A DNA stretch of 64,000 nucleotides, taken from positions 960,001-1,024,000 of the forward strand of contig CAWDRG010000009.1 of NCBI GenBank assembly GCA_963804645.1, in the 5' to 3' direction. The position numbers were made by a program, and so were the translations under genes. This DNA is from an uncultured Bacillota bacterium. Its GTDB lineage: Bacteria; Sysuimicrobiota; Sysuimicrobiia; Sysuimicrobiales; Segetimicrobiaceae. Positions 60,473-64,000 of the stretch are shown one piece after another. Positions within the stretch are counted from its first letter, which is position 1, and every line of letters starts with the position of its first letter. A model generated the notes under the pieces. The model was not told where the DNA came from. It saw nothing but the letters and a program-made list of their open reading frames with translations, and did no database searches.

Positions 60473-61894
60473 CTACTGCAGGGGCGGCCGCCGGCCGGCC
60501 CACGGCCGTGCGGCTTCGAAGCACGCCGCGGCCGTGAGCACCCGCGCGTCCTGTCGCCAGCCCGCCACGATCTGCAGTCCGACCGGCAGCCCGCCGGCCG
60601 TGTAGCCGCACGGGACCGAGATCGCGGGGAAGCAGGTCAGGTTGAACGCGAACGTCGGGATGAGCATCTCGAGATGTCCCGAGATCGCGCGGCCGGCGAT
60701 CTCCTTCGGCAGCCACGCGGCGACCGGAGTGGCCGGCACGGAGGTCGTCGGCAGCACCAGGAGATCGTAGCGCTCGAAGAACCGGCACAGCCGCTGGTGG
60801 TACGCGGTGCGCGCGACCTCGGCCTCCCCGATCTGCTCGGGCGTCATGTTCCGGCTGAGATCGAGGCGCTGCACGAGAATCGGGTCCATCTGATCGCGCC
60901 ACTTGGCCAGGTACTTGCCGACCGTCGCGACGCGGGTGGCGACGTTCAGGGCGAGGAACGGCGTCATGATGTCCCCGACCTCCGGGGACGCGCTCTCGAG
61001 GGTGCACCCCATCTCCGGGAACGCGCCCGCGGCGGCCTCGCACACGGACGCGATCTCCGGGTCGACCGCGGCGGCCCCGCCGAGATCCGGCGTCCACGCG
61101 ACCCGCAGGCCCTTGACCGACGCGCGGTCCGGCAGCGCCGCCCAGTCCTCGCCGGTGTGCGGCAGGCTCAGCGGATCGCGGTCGTCGGGACCCGCCATCA
61201 CCGAAAACATCAGGGCCGCGTCCGCGACCGTCCGTGTGATCGGGCCGTTCGACGACATCGCGCTCCACCCGGCCGCGTTGGGGTAGCGCGCGATCCGGCC
61301 CTGGGTCGGCTTGAACCCGACGATGCCGCACCACGCCGCCGGGTGGCGGATCGACCCGGCGAGGTCGCCGCCCTCGGCGAGGGGCCCCAGGCCGGCGGCG
61401 ACCGCGGCGGCCGCGCCGCCGCTCGAGCCGCCGGGCGAGCGGTCGAGCGCCCAGGGGTTGTGCGTCGCGCCGAAGACGCGGTTGTCGGTGGTCGGCTTGC
61501 AGCCGAACTCGGGCGTGTTCGTCTTGCCGAGGAGAATCGCGCCGGCCCCGCGGATCCGCTGCACGAGGAGCGCATCCTCCTCCGGCACGTTGTGCTCGAA
61601 GATCTTCGAGCCCATCGTCGTCCGCACGCCTTTCGTGGCCGTCAGATCCTTCGCGGAGAAGGGGACCCCGTGGAGCGGGCCCCGCGCCCCGCCCCGGACG
61701 ACCTCGCGCTCGGCGGTCTTGGCCGCGTCGCGGGCCTGCTCGGCGGCCACCGTGACGTACGCGTTGAGCGGCGGGTTGATGCGCTCGATCCGCGCGAGCA
61801 CGGCGTCGACGACCTCGACGGGCGACACTTCTTTGGCGCGGATCATGCGCGCGAGCTCCCGCGCCGGCTTCCAGCAGAGATCGTCAGCGACCAC
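60473..61894 (-). CDS. Amidase signature family enzyme
   Basis: GPLHGVPFSAKD, GKTNTPEFG, PGGSSGG, D.AGSIR.PA. Confidence 0.93.
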   Translation of the reverse strand: MVADDLCWKPARELARMIRAKEVSPVEVVDAVLARIERINPPLNAYVTVAAEQARDAAKTAEREVVRGGARGPLHGVPFSAKDLTATKGVRTTMGSKIFEHNVPEEDALLVQRIRGAGAILLGKTNTPEFGCKPTTDNRVFGATHNPWALDRSPGGSSGGAAAAVAAGLGPLAEGGDLAGSIRHPAAWCGIVGFKPTQGRIARYPNAAGWSAMSSNGPITRTVADAALMFSVMAGPDDRDPLSLPHTGEDWAALPDRASVKGLRVAWTPDLGGAAAVDPEIASVCEAAAGAFPEMGCTLESASPEVGDIMTPFLALNVATRVATVGKYLAKWRDQMDPILVQRLDLSRNMTPEQIGEAEVARTAYHQRLCRFFERYDLLVLPTTSVPATPVAAWLPKEIAGRAISGHLEMLIPTFAFNLTCFPAISVPCGYTAGGLPVGLQIVAGWRQDARVLTAAACFEAARPWAGRRPPLQ

Positions 61895-61968
61895 GGCATC
61901 CTCCCATCGAGCGGTGCTGCGACGACCGTTCGCCGCGGGCGGGCGGGATTCCGCCGCGCGCGCGGCGG

Positions 61969-63108
61969 CTAGGCGGCGAACCGGTCGAGCCGGAACAGGT
62001 TGAGATCCCACCGGCTGCGCCCGTCCGTCGCGAGTTCGGCCATGATCTCCCCGACGACGCTCGCGAACTTGAATCCGTGGCCCGAGAAGCCCGCGGCGAT
62101 GGAGACCTGCGGACATTCGGGATGGACGTCCAGGATGAAGTGTTCGTCCGGGCTGTTCGTGAACAGACACGTCTTGAGGGCCATCGTCGGCCCGTCGGCG
62201 TCGGGAAAGTACAGGCGGATGCCCTCGCGCAGCACCGCCTCGTCCTGGGGGTGGATCGCCCGGTCGACGCGGTCGGCGTCCGTGGCCTCATCCCGGTGGT
62301 GGTACTTCCCGAACTTGAACCCCGGGACGCCGTACTCCGGGAAGCCGTAGAACCGTCCGGCCGGTCCTTCCATATTAAAGACGGGGAACGTGTCGAGCCG
62401 GAACCGCTCCGGCCGCAGCGGCCGCGTCCAGATCAGCACCTGACGCTCCGGCACGGCGAGGCGCGCCAGCGCCGGCACGAGTTTCGACGCCCACGGCCCG
62501 GCCGTCAGCACGAGCTTGGCGGCCGTGTACGCGTGCCGGGAGGTCCGGACCCGCACCCCGCCGCCGTCGGGCTCCCAGGCGACCACCGGCTCGCGGGCGC
62601 GTACCTCGGCCCCCGCGTCGTGCGCGGCATTCACGTAGGCGACGATGGCGCGCTCCGACATCACGAACCCGCCGTCCGGCTGGTACACCCCGACCATGTC
62701 GGACGGCAGGCGGTACCCCGGGAAGCGCGCGTGCAGCGCGTCTGCGTCGAGGGTTTCGTGGTGGAGGTGGTGCAGCTCGCACGACCGCAGCGATCCGCGG
62801 ATGGTGGCGCTGTCCCTGGGGCCCGCGTCGATGCTGCCGGTGATGAGCAGCAGGCGCTCCGACGAGAGGTGCTCGATCTCGCGCCACAGCTCGTAGGCGC
62901 GGCGCAGCAGCGGGACGTAGGACGGGTGCTCCCAGTACGCGAGGCGGATGATGCGGTTCGTGCCGTGCGACGACCCCTGGTCGTGGGGGATGTCGAACTG
63001 CTCGAGGCCGAGCACGCGCAGCCCGCGGCGCGCGAGCTGGTACACGGTCGCGCTGCCCATCCCGCCGACCCCGACCACGATGACGTCGTAGTGCGCCACT
63101 GGCGGCAC
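61969..63108 (-). CDS. solA: N-methyl-L-tryptophan/monomeric sarcosine oxidase
   Basis: GVGGMG, GSSHG..RIIR, TCLFTNSPD.HF, GFSGHGFKF. Confidence 0.9.
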   Translation of the reverse strand: MPPVAHYDVIVVGVGGMGSATVYQLARRGLRVLGLEQFDIPHDQGSSHGTNRIIRLAYWEHPSYVPLLRRAYELWREIEHLSSERLLLITGSIDAGPRDSATIRGSLRSCELHHLHHETLDADALHARFPGYRLPSDMVGVYQPDGGFVMSERAIVAYVNAAHDAGAEVRAREPVVAWEPDGGGVRVRTSRHAYTAAKLVLTAGPWASKLVPALARLAVPERQVLIWTRPLRPERFRLDTFPVFNMEGPAGRFYGFPEYGVPGFKFGKYHHRDEATDADRVDRAIHPQDEAVLREGIRLYFPDADGPTMALKTCLFTNSPDEHFILDVHPECPQVSIAAGFSGHGFKFASVVGEIMAELATDGRSRWDLNLFRLDRFAA

Positions 63109-63258
63109 CTCCAGAGGCCCCGTTTCGGAGCCTACGGTGATGATTCGGTCGCGCTCTACGCGGCCCTGCCGCCTGGTGTTGCTCGGGGGTCCGAGCTGGT
63201 GGCGGACCTCAGGCGCCGGGACACAGCGTCCGGCGGCCTCCGCCGCACCGCAGTCGCA

Positions 63259-63999
63259 TCAGGCGATCGGATGCGGGTTTGTCTCGACCGCACTCGAGCG
63301 TAATCGATCAAGCCGCGGGTTCTTCACTCTGGGGTGTGCGCTGCCGAAGTATATCGGCTGCATATACACTCCGAACGCGCGCACCACACGGATCGGCGCC
63401 AGCTTGACGTCCGGCGAGGTCACGTCGACGGCGGCGGTTCGGATGCCGGCCTCAAGTAATCGGGACACGCAGGTTGAAAGGTTGGCGGGCTCGCGATAGC
63501 TGGAGCGCAGGCTGGCGAGCGAGGCGGGCGCCTCCGTATCGCCGCGAAACGAATCCAGGCCGGTCGCATGCGCGGGATGCACGTAATAGAGTGCATGATC
63601 CAGGCTGGTCACGACATCCTCGTTCTTCAGAACGTCGCGATGCCTGCCGTCTCGCATCAATCGGCGCATGTACGCGCCGTAGTGGCCGTGTTCAAAGACC
63701 GCTCGCTGCAACGCGATATCGATATCCGGGTGAGTCCCGAGTCCGATAGTGACACCGGGCCACGAATGCCCGTCACCTAATCCGAGACAGACACACGTGG
63801 GATGGCGCGTGCCCACGTCGAGCACATACAGTTCCGTGGTTGCGCCCAGACGCTCAGTGTCCCGCAACGCCTGAGACGTGGCGTGATCGCAACCATCTTC
63901 CGCAACGCGCCGACCCGGGCGTCGCGCAAGCCAGAAGAGCATGAACGCATCACGCTCAATCAACTCGTACAGCGCGCGCAACGCTGCGTCTTCGAGGGT
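63259..63999 (-). CDS. YcaO-like protein, C-terminal part (5' end beyond window)
   Basis: ALYELIERDA ATP/Mg-binding motif, VDVTSPD, VVRA, C-terminal PHPIA. Confidence 0.85.
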   Translation of the reverse strand, partial: TLEDAALRALYELIERDAFMLFWLARRPGRRVAEDGCDHATSQALRDTERLGATTELYVLDVGTRHPTCVCLGLGDGHSWPGVTIGLGTHPDIDIALQRAVFEHGHYGAYMRRLMRDGRHRDVLKNEDVVTSLDHALYYVHPAHATGLDSFRGDTEAPASLASLRSSYREPANLSTCVSRLLEAGIRTAAVDVTSPDVKLAPIRVVRAFGVYMQPIYFGSAHPRVKNPRLDRLRSSAVETNPHPIA

Positions 64000-64000
64000 C

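Overview
This is a very GC-rich bacterial window with about 58 protein-coding genes, almost all for scavenging and catabolism. It contains four peptide-type (family 5) ABC substrate-binding proteins, a sugar ABC system and a complete Liv-type ABC system. Amide/peptide hydrolases are numerous (two M55, M20, M24, M29-like, S9-like, CocE/NonD, amidase, acetamidase/formamidase, trypsin-like), alongside three enolase-superfamily acid-sugar dehydratases and GH63 and GH39 glycosidases. There is also a DUF929 + VKOR disulfide-forming pair, a c-di-AMP receptor (DarA/PstA), a sulfatase/FGE island carrying two cation-channel-family genes, and the 3' part of a YcaO gene at the right edge. I recognised no rRNA, tRNA, CRISPR array, mobile element or transcription-factor gene. 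Instead, an AGGn-N17(18)-GAA(T/C) promoter-like motif recurs upstream of about 10 transcription units. Several genes carry single-base homopolymer frameshifts, most likely assembly errors. The most unusual observations are the recurring promoter motif, an S9 peptidase lacking its catalytic His/Asp, an in-frame UGA plus hairpin in a SelA-like gene, a TMEM175 homolog lacking the RxxxFSD motif, an Asn-rich membrane protein facing the disulfide pair, and two tiny Zn-finger-like genes. All calls come from reading motifs by eye; no database search was run.
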